Assembly (NCBI GenBank): GCA_021818445.1
Contig: JAKAEB010000011.1
Location: 2,269-66,268, forward strand
From: Planctomycetota bacterium
GTDB taxonomy: Bacteria; Planctomycetota; Phycisphaerae; WQYP01
DNA: 64,000 bases
Direction: 5' to 3'
The position numbers were made by a program, and so were the translations under genes. Position 1 is the stretch's first letter. Every line of letters starts with the position of its first letter. Below are positions 38,991-48,659 of this stretch, piece after piece. The notes beneath the pieces were generated by a model, which was given only the letters and a program-made list of their open reading frames with translations, was not told the origin of the DNA and made no database searches.

Positions 38991-39941
38991 CTACCCTGAA
39001 TCTTCCCTGCTTTTAATCTGCAAGCCGGCGGCCCCGGCGGAGGGGAGCCAACTACGCGAATACTGCCTGAACAGACGGGAGAGTTGTTCGCGGACACCCT
39101 GCTCTTGAAAACGCCCCATCTCGGTAATGTTCTGCCCCACGAACGATTCGATGTCGACCACCGCAATGCGGCCCGCCCTGACCCCAAATTTTTTATCGAT
39201 CTCCGCCTGCCAAAGCGCCCTGGCAGATTGGCGCGTCAGGAACCACACTTCCAGGCGAGTGTCCGAGATTATGGTCGCGAGTTGGTCCATGTGAGCCCTG
39301 TCCGGCCGCTCCGCTATCGTTACCTCGATTGCCGTGTTGCCGACGCGGAAATCCGCCAGGTTTGTTCCGCTCGGCGTATTAACGTTTTTGGGAGTGACGC
39401 ACCGCTCCCCGAACCTCAGTTGCAGCTTTGCCCCAACGAGATACTCGGCGACGTCCTTTGCGCGTCGTTTGCTCTGGGCCTGATCGAGTAAATCTGCTAT
39501 GACAGCCACGGCTGTGCCCTTGTCGTACCGTACGATCAATGGCGCGCTTTCGCCAATTTGTGCCAGGCGAGCCGACGCCTGGGTCTGCATATGGGTGAGT
39601 AACTCCACATTTGCCGCGAGTTGGTCTTCGTGGAAACCGGCGCTACGAAGCCAATCGAACAGGGCTTCTGCCCACGCGTGCAGGTTGCTGGAGCGCCTTC
39701 CCATTTCCTGCACTGGTGAACTTACTTTGAATCGGGAAATTGCCGTTTCAACATAGCGGTTGTGGTCGAGCAATTGCATGCCACTTTTTGCCAAGTGCTG
39801 CTTCAAAACCAGCTTCGGGGTTTCGCGCAACCGTTCCAGGAGGCCAAGAAGTGCCAGCAGCCTCGCCGGTACATCGCGTGTACCCGTGGCCATGTATTGG
39901 TCCATCCAGCCTTGGAAGGTATCGCCGCCGGCCTCACGCAT
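38991..39941 (-). CDS. putative Type II restriction endonuclease partnered with the adjacent C5-methyltransferase
   Basis: 316-aa ORF whose start overlaps the methyltransferase stop by 8 nt (39934..39941), typical of R-M operons. No recognisable catalytic motif seen by eye. Confidence 0.45.
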   Translation of the reverse strand: MREAGGDTFQGWMDQYMATGTRDVPARLLALLGLLERLRETPKLVLKQHLAKSGMQLLDHNRYVETAISRFKVSSPVQEMGRRSSNLHAWAEALFDWLRSAGFHEDQLAANVELLTHMQTQASARLAQIGESAPLIVRYDKGTAVAVIADLLDQAQSKRRAKDVAEYLVGAKLQLRFGERCVTPKNVNTPSGTNLADFRVGNTAIEVTIAERPDRAHMDQLATIISDTRLEVWFLTRQSARALWQAEIDKKFGVRAGRIAVVDIESFVGQNITEMGRFQEQGVREQLSRLFRQYSRSWLPSAGAAGLQIKSREDSG

Positions 39942-41130
39942 CGCATTTAATTCCTGTGGGCTTTTCGCAATCGGAAAGTTGATACGCCAGCGGTGTTAAA
40001 TAATTGTCGACAATCCATTCAACCGCAGGTATGCAAACTGCATCGCCGAAACCAAAGAGAGCCTGGTTTAATGGAATACCATCGACGCGATAACAATCGG
40101 GGGCACCTTGCAGACGGGCACACTCGCGTGCGGTCAGCAGCCGCACCTGGTATCGGCCATTGCCAGCTTTGAATAGTATCTGACGACCGCTACCGCCGCG
40201 CGGCGTCCTGAGACAGCCTGCAATTCCGTCGGTACGCAGTTCAGCCATGCTCCTCCCATTTCTGACACGGCGAAATACCGTTGCATACTGGCAAGTATCC
40301 TGCTTTAACATTTTTTCGGCCAGCGTCAGGTGGCGCTCGCTGAATTGCCCAAACAGGTATTTCGCCCGGTCCCGTGGCCACCAGTGCGGATCATCGGGAG
40401 GAAGGTCTTCTATAACGTCGCGCAATTGGGACGACGGTCTTGGTAATTCCGGCAGTGTCCTGATCTTCCAGCGGATATTCCGGTGAAGGTTAATAAATGC
40501 GGCAAGCCTGGTGGGTCTCGCGTCGCTGGCCATGGCAAACTGGCTGCCGGTATGGCAATCATCGACACTGGCGACCACAAACAAGCGGGGGCGGCTCTGC
40601 GGCGTCCAATGAACGGCATTGAGAATGAAAGCGTCCACCGTATAGCCAAGTTTATTAAGGGCCAGCAGAGCTGCCTCAAAGTCCCTCCCATCGTGTGACT
40701 GAAGAAAGCCGACCACATTCTCAAGCATGACGATTGGCGGGCGCCGGTGCCCCAGATTCCCAAGAATACGTATAAGGCCCCAGAATGCAGACGACTGCAA
40801 ACCGTCGAGTCCACTTCGCGACCCGGCAATCGATAAATCATTACACGGGAACGACGCGGTGAATAAATCACATTGGGGTAGATTGCTTACATCAATTTCG
40901 TGGATATCGCCGAGGTGGAAATCCGCTCGGCCGAAGTTCAGTTCATAAATTTCAAGTTTGTCGGGATCGATATCGTTTGCAAAAGCCACCCGCCAGCCAC
41001 AATGTTCAAGCGCGACGCGCACCAGTCCAATCCCCGCGAAGAACTCGGCGGCGACGAAGCCTCGCGCGGATCGCGAGGGTTTATCCCCACGATACGCCAG
41101 AATGCTCCTGCTGGTATCTAAAAGACTCAT
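39934..41130 (-). CDS. dcm: DNA (cytosine-5)-methyltransferase
   Basis: FAGIGLVRVALEHCGWRVAFANDID (motif I), DLFTASFPCNDLSIAG (PC catalytic motif IV), ENV motif VI and a C-terminal target-recognition region. Confidence 0.85.
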   Translation of the reverse strand: MSLLDTSRSILAYRGDKPSRSARGFVAAEFFAGIGLVRVALEHCGWRVAFANDIDPDKLEIYELNFGRADFHLGDIHEIDVSNLPQCDLFTASFPCNDLSIAGSRSGLDGLQSSAFWGLIRILGNLGHRRPPIVMLENVVGFLQSHDGRDFEAALLALNKLGYTVDAFILNAVHWTPQSRPRLFVVASVDDCHTGSQFAMASDARPTRLAAFINLHRNIRWKIRTLPELPRPSSQLRDVIEDLPPDDPHWWPRDRAKYLFGQFSERHLTLAEKMLKQDTCQYATVFRRVRNGRSMAELRTDGIAGCLRTPRGGSGRQILFKAGNGRYQVRLLTARECARLQGAPDCYRVDGIPLNQALFGFGDAVCIPAVEWIVDNYLTPLAYQLSDCEKPTGIKCDA

Positions 41131-41223
41131 CGCACCAGATTGTAACCGAGAGACCGTTTTTATCCCCAGCCCGGCATCAATTCGGCTTTCGCCAAGTGTG
41201 TGAAGTATGCCACCCGCTGTTTC

Positions 41224-41412
41224 GTGGCCGCTGCCGGGCGGTCATGATGATGGGCATCTGCGGGCAGCCGCGTCACTCCGCCGTTTTTATGGGTGCGGTA
41301 TTGGCGGCCTTAAGCCACGTGTAGCAGGCGATTGATGTCTTCGCCATTCTTCCAGCGCTTATAAATCATTAATGATTGCTCAATAACTGGAAAAGCATAT
41401 TCACCAGGCAGC
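41224..41412. repeat. direct repeat R (about 190 bp), overlapping the authentic ppa 3' end and its terminator hairpin; candidate attR
   Basis: See repeat L at 37752..37940. Confidence 0.7.
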
Positions 41413-41912
41413 ACATCATCTACCACCACACGCTTGTGTTCCAACGATTTGTAATCTTCAAAAAATCGCTTCAACACGGAAAGTTTGTGGGCGGGCAACT
41501 GATGCACATCGGAATAGCTGTTGTATTCCGGATCATTCACATGGACGGAAATGATCTTATGGTCAATTTCATTCTGGTCTTTCATGGTCATCAGGCCGAT
41601 GGCGCGGGCTTCAACCATAGTCAGCGGATGCACGGGTGCGGCACCAAGCACCAATACGTCCAGCGGGTCGCCATCGTCGGCCATCGTTTGCGGAATAAAG
41701 CCATAATTGGCTGGGTAATAAACGGCGGAATGCAGTACACGGTCCAGCTTAAGCAGACCGGTGGATTTATCGAGTTCATATTTATTGGATGAGCCGAGCG
41801 GAATTTCGACAATGGCGTTGAAAACCGTCGGCAGCATGCCGCTGCCCGGTTCCACGTTGTGCCACGGGCTGAACCAGGGTGTCGAAGGAAACGGTCCGAG
41901 TTTGCGCCCCAT
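41310..41912 (-). CDS. ppa: inorganic pyrophosphatase
   Basis: DGDPLDVLVLG and family-I PPase signature residues; 200 aa. Confidence 0.9.
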   Translation of the reverse strand: MGRKLGPFPSTPWFSPWHNVEPGSGMLPTVFNAIVEIPLGSSNKYELDKSTGLLKLDRVLHSAVYYPANYGFIPQTMADDGDPLDVLVLGAAPVHPLTMVEARAIGLMTMKDQNEIDHKIISVHVNDPEYNSYSDVHQLPAHKLSVLKRFFEDYKSLEHKRVVVDDVLPGEYAFPVIEQSLMIYKRWKNGEDINRLLHVA

Positions 41913-42017
41913 TAAAAGCCTCCTCTAACTGGCCAGATGCAGGATTCACCAAGTAAAGTCTAATCGCGCCGTTGGCTAAAAGCCAGACGGCCACCGGGCG
42001 GGCCAAATGGCCGGGGG

Positions 42018-43361
42018 CTAAAGGGCCAGCACGTCGTCGATGAGTTTCTGGGCGCGTTCGTGCGTACGGGCTTCGGCAATCAGGCGTGCGATCGGTTCCG
42101 TATTGCTGGGGCGAAATTGAACCCAGCTATCGCCAAAATCAATGCGTACACCGTCCTGCAGATCAGGCTGATAATCGGCAAAACGCCGGGCGATTTTTTC
42201 GGCAAAGATGCCGGCGCTGGCGCGGTCAACATCCATCTTTTGTTTAATGACGCTGTAAGAGGGAATCTCCGCCACCAGTTGCGAGATGGTTTTGCCGGTG
42301 ATGGTGAGCAGTTCCAGAATGCTGGCCATACCCATGAGAGAATCGCGTATCGGCCCTACACGCAGATCAATGACGCCCCCATTCCCCTCGCCACCGATGA
42401 GGGCATTTTCCTGCAGCATGCGGCCGGCCACATTGGCCTCCCCCACCGGGGTACGAATGACGCTGACGCCGAAACGTGCGGCGAGGTCGTCGATCATACG
42501 ACTGGTGGAGAGATTGCACACCACGGTGCCTTTTTTCTTCATGAGGCGATTAAGCACGCAGAGCGCCAGCGTATATTCCTCGCCAATATAGCGGCCATTT
42601 TCATCGACAATGGCCAGTCGGTCGGCATCCGGGTCCTGGGCAAAACCGACGGCGGCGCGGTGTTTAATGACCGCCTCGCAAAGGCCGGTGAGATTTTCCC
42701 GGATCGGTTCGGGTGTATGGGCAAAATGTCCGTCGGCGGTGCCATTGAGATGAATCAGTTCTACACCCAATTTGCCCAGCAGCATGGGCGATGGGATTGA
42801 ACCGGCACCGTTGATGCTGTCGAGTACCACGCGATACCGTTTTTGAATGATCTGGCGGGTATCAAAATACTGCAGCACGGTTTGAACATGGTGCGCGTGG
42901 CTGCGGCTTTCGGTGGCGTAATGCCCGATGGTATCTATGTCGGCACAAAACCAATCCTTGGCAAAATAACGCCGCTTCAGTTCCGCGATGGCGGATGCGG
43001 AAAGGGCAATACCGTCGGGCTGAAGCATTTTAATACCGTTGTAGGGGGCGGGATTGTGCGAGGCGGTAATGACAACTCCGGCGGCCGCCTTCAAAAAGCG
43101 CGTCATCAGACCGACGGTGGGCGTGGTGACGATGCCCAAGTCGATGATGGATGCCCCGGCCTGCATGGCACCGGCGGAAAACGCCTGCAGGATCATCGGG
43201 CCGGAGCGGCGTGAATCGCGTCCGATGACGATCGCTGGTGCTGATTGAGATTGCCGCAAATGGGTGGCCAGCGTGCGGCCAAAATCAAACGCCACCTGTC
43301 CGGTGAGCGAATCACCAATGATGCCGCGCACCCCCGAAACACTGATGATCAGTTCCGCCAT
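42018..43361 (-). CDS. alpha-D-phosphohexomutase family protein (phosphoglucomutase/phosphomannomutase/phosphoglucosamine mutase)
   Basis: ISVSGVRGIIG N-terminus and TASHNPAPYNGIKM active-site serine loop. Start set at MAELII (ATG 43359-43361) with a GGAGGT RBS; the longer ORF to 43733 has a low-complexity N-terminal extension. Confidence 0.75.
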   Translation of the reverse strand: MAELIISVSGVRGIIGDSLTGQVAFDFGRTLATHLRQSQSAPAIVIGRDSRRSGPMILQAFSAGAMQAGASIIDLGIVTTPTVGLMTRFLKAAAGVVITASHNPAPYNGIKMLQPDGIALSASAIAELKRRYFAKDWFCADIDTIGHYATESRSHAHHVQTVLQYFDTRQIIQKRYRVVLDSINGAGSIPSPMLLGKLGVELIHLNGTADGHFAHTPEPIRENLTGLCEAVIKHRAAVGFAQDPDADRLAIVDENGRYIGEEYTLALCVLNRLMKKKGTVVCNLSTSRMIDDLAARFGVSVIRTPVGEANVAGRMLQENALIGGEGNGGVIDLRVGPIRDSLMGMASILELLTITGKTISQLVAEIPSYSVIKQKMDVDRASAGIFAEKIARRFADYQPDLQDGVRIDFGDSWVQFRPSNTEPIARLIAEARTHERAQKLIDDVLAL

Positions 43362-43455
43362 GCAATACCTCCGGCCCGGCAATCTATCCGCATGCATCAT
43401 AAAATCAAGCGATGCAGGGGAAAATGTGCTTCGGCGGCTGGTGGGTTTTCGGGCA

Positions 43456-44232
43456 TTACGGCGAGGTCTCATAAGCGGAATTATTCGGCGACAAAAACCC
43501 GGTACCAGCACCCACAAACGCCTGATACGGGGCGGTGGTGGTGTAGCGGTGGGTGACGGTGGCGGCGTGGCCATCGCAGTAGACCACATTGGTACCGCCG
43601 TGATGCCGGAACGCCTGCGTTCCGGCGGCGCGTAAGGTGGGGCTGACTGAATCGGCATTGGGAGGGAGCGGGGTAAGCAAGTCGGGTGCCCGCATGAAAA
43701 AATCAATACCGCCGTAATATCCGCCATCGCCAAACAGGGCGCATTGGCCCGGATCGGTAAGGGCCGTGGTGGCCGCAGGCGTGGGATTGGCCTCCAGCGA
43801 ACCGTGACCGATGTAGCTGGTATTGTAGTTATAGCCGCAGAACAAGGTTTGCGCCCCGAATTGGCGTATCAGAGAAGGGCATTGCATGACCAGCAAATCG
43901 GAAAGTTGCGACCGGTTCCAGCCAAGCCACAGGATTCCGGGTGCCATCTGCCGGGTGCCATTGGGAAGCCGGGTGAATTTAAGGTACCAAAAGTCTGTCA
44001 TCGGGTTGTAATAAGCCGGTGGAAAATACCCCTGTGACTGGGCGGTGTACAACTCGGCAGCATTGCCAAGCTGGCGGAGGTTGCTCAGGCAGACGACGGT
44101 GTTGGCGTCGCTTTGCGCCCGGCGGAGCGCCGGCACCAGCATCGACGTAAGTAGCGCCACAATGGCAAACACCACCAGCAGTTCCACCAGCGAAAATCCC
44201 CGGCGTAAGGGGATGGTATAAATGGCTTTCAT
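43456..44232 (-). CDS. prepilin-type N-terminal cleavage/methylation domain protein with DUF1559 (H-X9-DG) domain
   Basis: RRGFSLVELLVVFAIVALLTSMLVPAL class-III signal/pseudopilin N-terminus and C-terminal HHGGTNVVYCDGHA (H-X9-DG) motif, a family greatly expanded in Planctomycetes/Verrucomicrobia. Confidence 0.8.
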   Translation of the reverse strand: MKAIYTIPLRRGFSLVELLVVFAIVALLTSMLVPALRRAQSDANTVVCLSNLRQLGNAAELYTAQSQGYFPPAYYNPMTDFWYLKFTRLPNGTRQMAPGILWLGWNRSQLSDLLVMQCPSLIRQFGAQTLFCGYNYNTSYIGHGSLEANPTPAATTALTDPGQCALFGDGGYYGGIDFFMRAPDLLTPLPPNADSVSPTLRAAGTQAFRHHGGTNVVYCDGHAATVTHRYTTTAPYQAFVGAGTGFLSPNNSAYETSP

Positions 44233-44279
44233 AAGGTCCCCATTTCTTCATTTTCCTCCGGATGCAACGTAGGCAGCGG

Positions 44280-45224
44280 TCAGGCCGTCCGCCTGCGTCT
44301 CATGGCCAGCAGCCCCAACAGCGGCACAAGCCCAATCAGCAGTGCTGATGGTTCGGGCGTGGGCGTGGAAGGGTCTCCGTAAAGGGCGGCAGCATTGATG
44401 TAGGCGCTTTCACCGGAAGGAACGGTAAACCTGACATAATCAATCGAGTTTAATCCCAGGGTGGACGATCCGGATAAATGGATCCATGTGCCGCCAGCGG
44501 TACCATTCAGCAGATTTAATATTTGCGATTCGGTTTGGCCGGCAAAATCATTTATGTTGCCTGAAAACGGCGTGGCGGCCGCGTATTGGGGAGTTGTGCC
44601 GGAAGCTGCCGGTTGAGGCGAAACGAAGGTGTAACTGCCGGAGGTTACAACCGTGTCATCCACGGTGGTAAAGGCGTTGGTGGGGTTATCAAAGGTGATG
44701 GGCGCACCGCCATTGAGCGACACAAAGTGGGTGCCGTCGGCGCTTACGCTTACAATCGCTTCCGATGGCGTGGAAAGGGTAATCGGGCCGGTGCTGGGGG
44801 CCTGTGGCTGGCCACCGGGCGTACCATTAGCATTTATTAAACCGACGGAAGAATAAACGCCCAGGTAGGCACCTGTACTTAGAATGACGGGCGCGGCGAA
44901 TTGCAGCGTCAGGGCACCGCCGGCTTTGACGGTTGTCAGCACCGCCGGATAACTGCCGCTGGCCGTCTGGGGGTATGGCGGAAAGAATGGGTCGATGGCG
45001 TAGCCGCCCTCGGAGGTGGCAAAGTGGCCAATGGACCCGTTGGGATTAAGGACAGTTGCACCGGCACTATTGGGGCCGGAATAACTGGCCACGGAAGAGG
45101 CGAATTCCGTAGTGGTGGCCGCGGAAACGGCAACTGTCGTACAGGTGCTGGCGGCCAAGGCGAGGACCAATGAAACGTTTGCGGAAAAGCGGTGCATGTA
45201 GAGACTCCTTAAAAAGATGCACAA
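44280..45224 (-). CDS. PEP-CTERM sorting-domain exported protein
   Basis: N-terminal signal peptide; C-terminal PTPEPSALLIGLVPLLGLLAMRRRR (PEP motif, TM helix and basic tail). Confidence 0.7.
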   Translation of the reverse strand: MCIFLRSLYMHRFSANVSLVLALAASTCTTVAVSAATTTEFASSVASYSGPNSAGATVLNPNGSIGHFATSEGGYAIDPFFPPYPQTASGSYPAVLTTVKAGGALTLQFAAPVILSTGAYLGVYSSVGLINANGTPGGQPQAPSTGPITLSTPSEAIVSVSADGTHFVSLNGGAPITFDNPTNAFTTVDDTVVTSGSYTFVSPQPAASGTTPQYAAATPFSGNINDFAGQTESQILNLLNGTAGGTWIHLSGSSTLGLNSIDYVRFTVPSGESAYINAAALYGDPSTPTPEPSALLIGLVPLLGLLAMRRRRTA

Positions 45225-45720
45225 CTGGCCATGGACCCATCACGAACCATTGCGCAGGTAGAGATGCGCACGTTCTAAAGGCCCGGCCAAAAACGAATTA
45301 AAAACAACCAATCGCGACCCTGCGTCCCAAACTCGCGAGGACAAATCGGGTCGTCATCAGGCAGGTCTTCTGGCTTAGGGCAGCAAGGGGGAGCAGCCTT
45401 CCCAACAACAACCGCGGCCCTCGGGACGAGGACGTTAACCGGCGTGCGCCGGTGCGGTCGGGTTTAGTGGCTGCGCCCGATGGATTGCCCATCACAGCGG
45501 CGCGTCCGCGGCGGAATTTAACCGCCTTCCCTTTTCACTCGCCAACGTGGCGAGCACCTGACGGGGAAGAGGATAGCATTTTTCTGCGGGATGGCAAGCG
45601 AACATTTTTCGCGCCGCGTGTTTGTACAAATTTTGTGCAGCTTTGACAGACTTTCCACCGCCGCGATATATTTGCTCCTCGGGTGGACAATCGAAAGATT
45701 GAAAGGCGGGGCGACTTAAC

Positions 45721-46755
45721 ATGCCCAAAATAATCATTCCCAATAAGGCGGGTAAGCGCGGTATCGGTGCGGGTGTCTGGAATCTGGGTGCGGGGCGCGA
45801 TCCATTTGGCGGGCCGACGCGGCCGGAAATTCCGATCCTTGATCGGCTTGAATTATTGGCCGCTGCGGGCATCACGTATATTGAAGCGCATGATGTTGAA
45901 ATTACTGCCAGCGACGTGCCTGAAGCAAAAAAATTAATGAAACGATTCGGCTTGCAGATGGGCATGTATACGCCATCGTTTTTCGCCGACCCGGTGTTTA
46001 AGGACGGGGCCATGAGCAGTAATGATACGGCGGTCCGCGACTTGGCGTTGCTCAACGCGATTAATGCCGTGGATGTGACGGTTGATCTCGGTGCGCAGGT
46101 CATGGTGTTCTGGAATGGGCGGGAGGGGTTTGATTTTGTATTGGCCAAGAATGGGCGGGATTCATTTCAACGCATGGTGGAAGGCTTTAACGCGGTGGGA
46201 AAATACGCCCTGAAAAAATATGGTAAAAACAGCCCCCGGTTTGCACTTGAGCCGAAGCCCAATGAACCGCGTGCGAATATGTACCTGAGCAACGTGGGGG
46301 AAGCGCTGTATCTGATCAGCCGATTGGATCCGGCGGTACAGCCGCTATTTGGCATCAACCCTGAAACGGCACACAGTCGAATGGCTGGGCTTGATTACCT
46401 GTGGGAAGTGGAAATGTGCCTGGAGGCGGGGAAGCTGTTTCACATACACCTCAATTCGCAGGATACAACGCGCTACGATCAGGACCTGCCGTTCGGCTAT
46501 ACCGAACCACTGAAAGACTTGGCGCTGTGCGTGGTGCTTCAAGACGCCAAATGGGATGGGATTTTGGCGTTTGATGTCAAAGCCCCGCGAACCGACAGCA
46601 CGCAAGACATTGCCGACATCCTGCATGTCAGCGCGGCCAATCTGCAACGGTTGTGGAACCGGGCGCTGAAGGTGGATCGCCGCAAAATTGCTAAATTCAG
46701 GACGAATCAACAGTACACGGCGCTGGCGGGCTATCTGACTTCATGCCTGTATTAG
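45721..46755 (+). CDS. xylA: xylose isomerase (class I-like, short form)
   Basis: VWNLGAGRDPFGGPTR N-terminus, FALEPKPNEPR, GINPETAHSRMAGLD, GKLFHIHLNSQ: collinear with class I XylA. About 45 aa shorter at the C-terminus than Streptomyces-type enzymes. Confidence 0.8.
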   Translation: MPKIIIPNKAGKRGIGAGVWNLGAGRDPFGGPTRPEIPILDRLELLAAAGITYIEAHDVEITASDVPEAKKLMKRFGLQMGMYTPSFFADPVFKDGAMSSNDTAVRDLALLNAINAVDVTVDLGAQVMVFWNGREGFDFVLAKNGRDSFQRMVEGFNAVGKYALKKYGKNSPRFALEPKPNEPRANMYLSNVGEALYLISRLDPAVQPLFGINPETAHSRMAGLDYLWEVEMCLEAGKLFHIHLNSQDTTRYDQDLPFGYTEPLKDLALCVVLQDAKWDGILAFDVKAPRTDSTQDIADILHVSAANLQRLWNRALKVDRRKIAKFRTNQQYTALAGYLTSCLY

Positions 46756-47041
46756 CCTTCGTAGACTGGCCCGGTCGCAATCTTCATAGCACTGGTTTTA
46801 CGGATAACCGATAATCGCCATCTGAGCGACAATTTCGGGCGAGTCAAAAACAGCGTTTTCCACCTTTGTGATTCATGATTCGCAGGTGCCTTCTGCAAAC
46901 GGCAAGGATTGACGCTGTTATCGGCATCGTGGGGAAGAGGCCGTAGTAAAAAATAGCGGCGACATGCCAAGGACGCACTGCCCGGACGCCGTTTCGTTGA
47001 GGTGGGCCACCCCGTGATGTGTTTTTTGGAAAGGGAATATC

Positions 47042-48478
47042 ATGTCGCGTCTGAACCCGTATATTGTTTTATTAACGTTGATTGCTACCTTGGGCGGACT
47101 TTTATTCGGTTACGACACTGCCGTCATTTCGGGCGCGGTCAGCAGCCTTAAGTGGTACTTCATAAGGCCGCGTCATCTTAGTACGGACGCCGCGAGTACC
47201 TTGCTGGGATTTGTCACATCCAGTGCCCTGATCGGTTGTGTGTTGGGAAGCATAATCGGCGGCTGGGTGAGCACGCATATTGGCCGAAAGGGAGGATTGG
47301 TCATAGCGGCGGTGCTGTTTTTGATCTCGGCGTTGGGGGCGTCGGCACCAGAATTCATGTTTGCACCGATAGGCCATGGCGGCCCGACATACATATGGAA
47401 TTTTGCAGCGTACCGGATCATTGGCGGTGTGGGAGTGGGGCTTGCGTCGATGCTGGCCCCCATGTACATCGCGGAAATTGCGCCGGCGCGAATCCGCGGC
47501 AATCTGGTGGCGTGGAACCAGTTGGCGATCATCTTTGGAATGCTTGTCATTTATTTCGTCAATTATGCCATCGCAAGCCATGGAAGCACTGCGTGGCTTC
47601 ATAAAATCGGATGGCGTTACATGTTTTTATCCGGCAGCATTCCGGCTGCGGCATTTTTACTGCTGCTTTTTATGGTGCCGGAAACACCGCGCTATCTGAT
47701 GCTTAAAGGGCGCGAGGACAAGGCCCGGGCGGTGTTGTCGCGGCTTGTGCCCGCTGAAGAGGGCGACCGGGAAATTGCCGACATACGGGCGTCACTGACC
47801 GAGCACCACTCCGGCAAGCTGTTCTCTTTTGGGGCGCTATTAATAGTCATCGGCATCATGCTTTCAATTTTTCAGCAGTTTGTCGGCATCAATGTGGTGC
47901 TGTATTACGCGCCAACTATTTTTAAGGGTCTGGGCATGACCACCGATGCGTCACTGCTGCAAACGATAATTGTCGGAGCAGTCAATTTGCTCTTTACCAT
48001 TGTTGCAATATTGACGGTTGACCGATTGGGACGCAAGCCGCTGCAAATTATCGGTGCGGTTGTCATGGCAATCAGCATGATAGCATTGGGTGCCAACTTC
48101 ATGTTTCATGGTAAGGGCGTCATTGCCCTGTTGAGCATGCTGATCTACATTGCCGGTTTTGCACTTTCATGGGGGCCGGTCACCTGGGTGCTGCTGAGCG
48201 AGATATTTCCGAATCAGATACGTGGCAAGGCGATGGCCGTAGCGGTTGCTGCGCAGTGGATTGCCAATTATTTAATTAGTTCGACATTTCTGATCTTGAA
48301 CAACAACCCCTATCTCATAAAGACATTTAATCATGGTTTCGCCTATTTCGTTTACGGGATCATGAGTATTCTTGCGGCTGTGTTTGTCTGGGCGCTGGTG
48401 CCCGAGACCAAAAACAGATCGCTGGAGCAAATGCAGCATCTTTGGATAAAACCCGGATCGGCCAGTCCTGACCAATAA
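47042..48478 (+). CDS. MFS sugar porter family transporter (XylE-like sugar:H+ symporter)
   Basis: 12 TM helices; LFGYDTAVISGA, GRKGGL, PESPRYL-like (PETPRYL) and sugar transporter signatures; adjacent to xylA. Confidence 0.8.
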   Translation: MSRLNPYIVLLTLIATLGGLLFGYDTAVISGAVSSLKWYFIRPRHLSTDAASTLLGFVTSSALIGCVLGSIIGGWVSTHIGRKGGLVIAAVLFLISALGASAPEFMFAPIGHGGPTYIWNFAAYRIIGGVGVGLASMLAPMYIAEIAPARIRGNLVAWNQLAIIFGMLVIYFVNYAIASHGSTAWLHKIGWRYMFLSGSIPAAAFLLLLFMVPETPRYLMLKGREDKARAVLSRLVPAEEGDREIADIRASLTEHHSGKLFSFGALLIVIGIMLSIFQQFVGINVVLYYAPTIFKGLGMTTDASLLQTIIVGAVNLLFTIVAILTVDRLGRKPLQIIGAVVMAISMIALGANFMFHGKGVIALLSMLIYIAGFALSWGPVTWVLLSEIFPNQIRGKAMAVAVAAQWIANYLISSTFLILNNNPYLIKTFNHGFAYFVYGIMSILAAVFVWALVPETKNRSLEQMQHLWIKPGSASPDQ

Positions 48479-48659
48479 ACTTAGCATCCGCCGCCAAGGC
48501 AGTATCAACGCCCCGGATGGAATCCGGATGGAATCCGCATGGCACAAATTGCGATGGCTTTGGCCGCCGTCGTTTGTCACATATAATCCAACCCTGCAGG
48601 GCTTTGCTGTCTTCAAGACGCCAAGGCTGTAGACCAAAGCGTTTTGACCGGAATGAAGC

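Noticed and set aside
45300-45440. SRP (4.5S) RNA-like motif GGGGGAGCAGCC / CAGGCAGGTC
   Set aside because: Only a fragmentary match to the helix-8 consensus (AGGAAGCAGCC). I could not fold a convincing helix 8 with the symmetric/asymmetric loops, so it is left as an unexplained non-coding region.
45492-46148. 218-aa minus-strand ORF
   Set aside because: Lies entirely antisense within the clearly homologous xylA gene; spurious.
48490-48535. Tandem duplication GGATGGAATCCG x2 downstream of the sugar transporter
   Set aside because: Only two 12-nt units and no T-tract; too short to call a repeat family or terminator.
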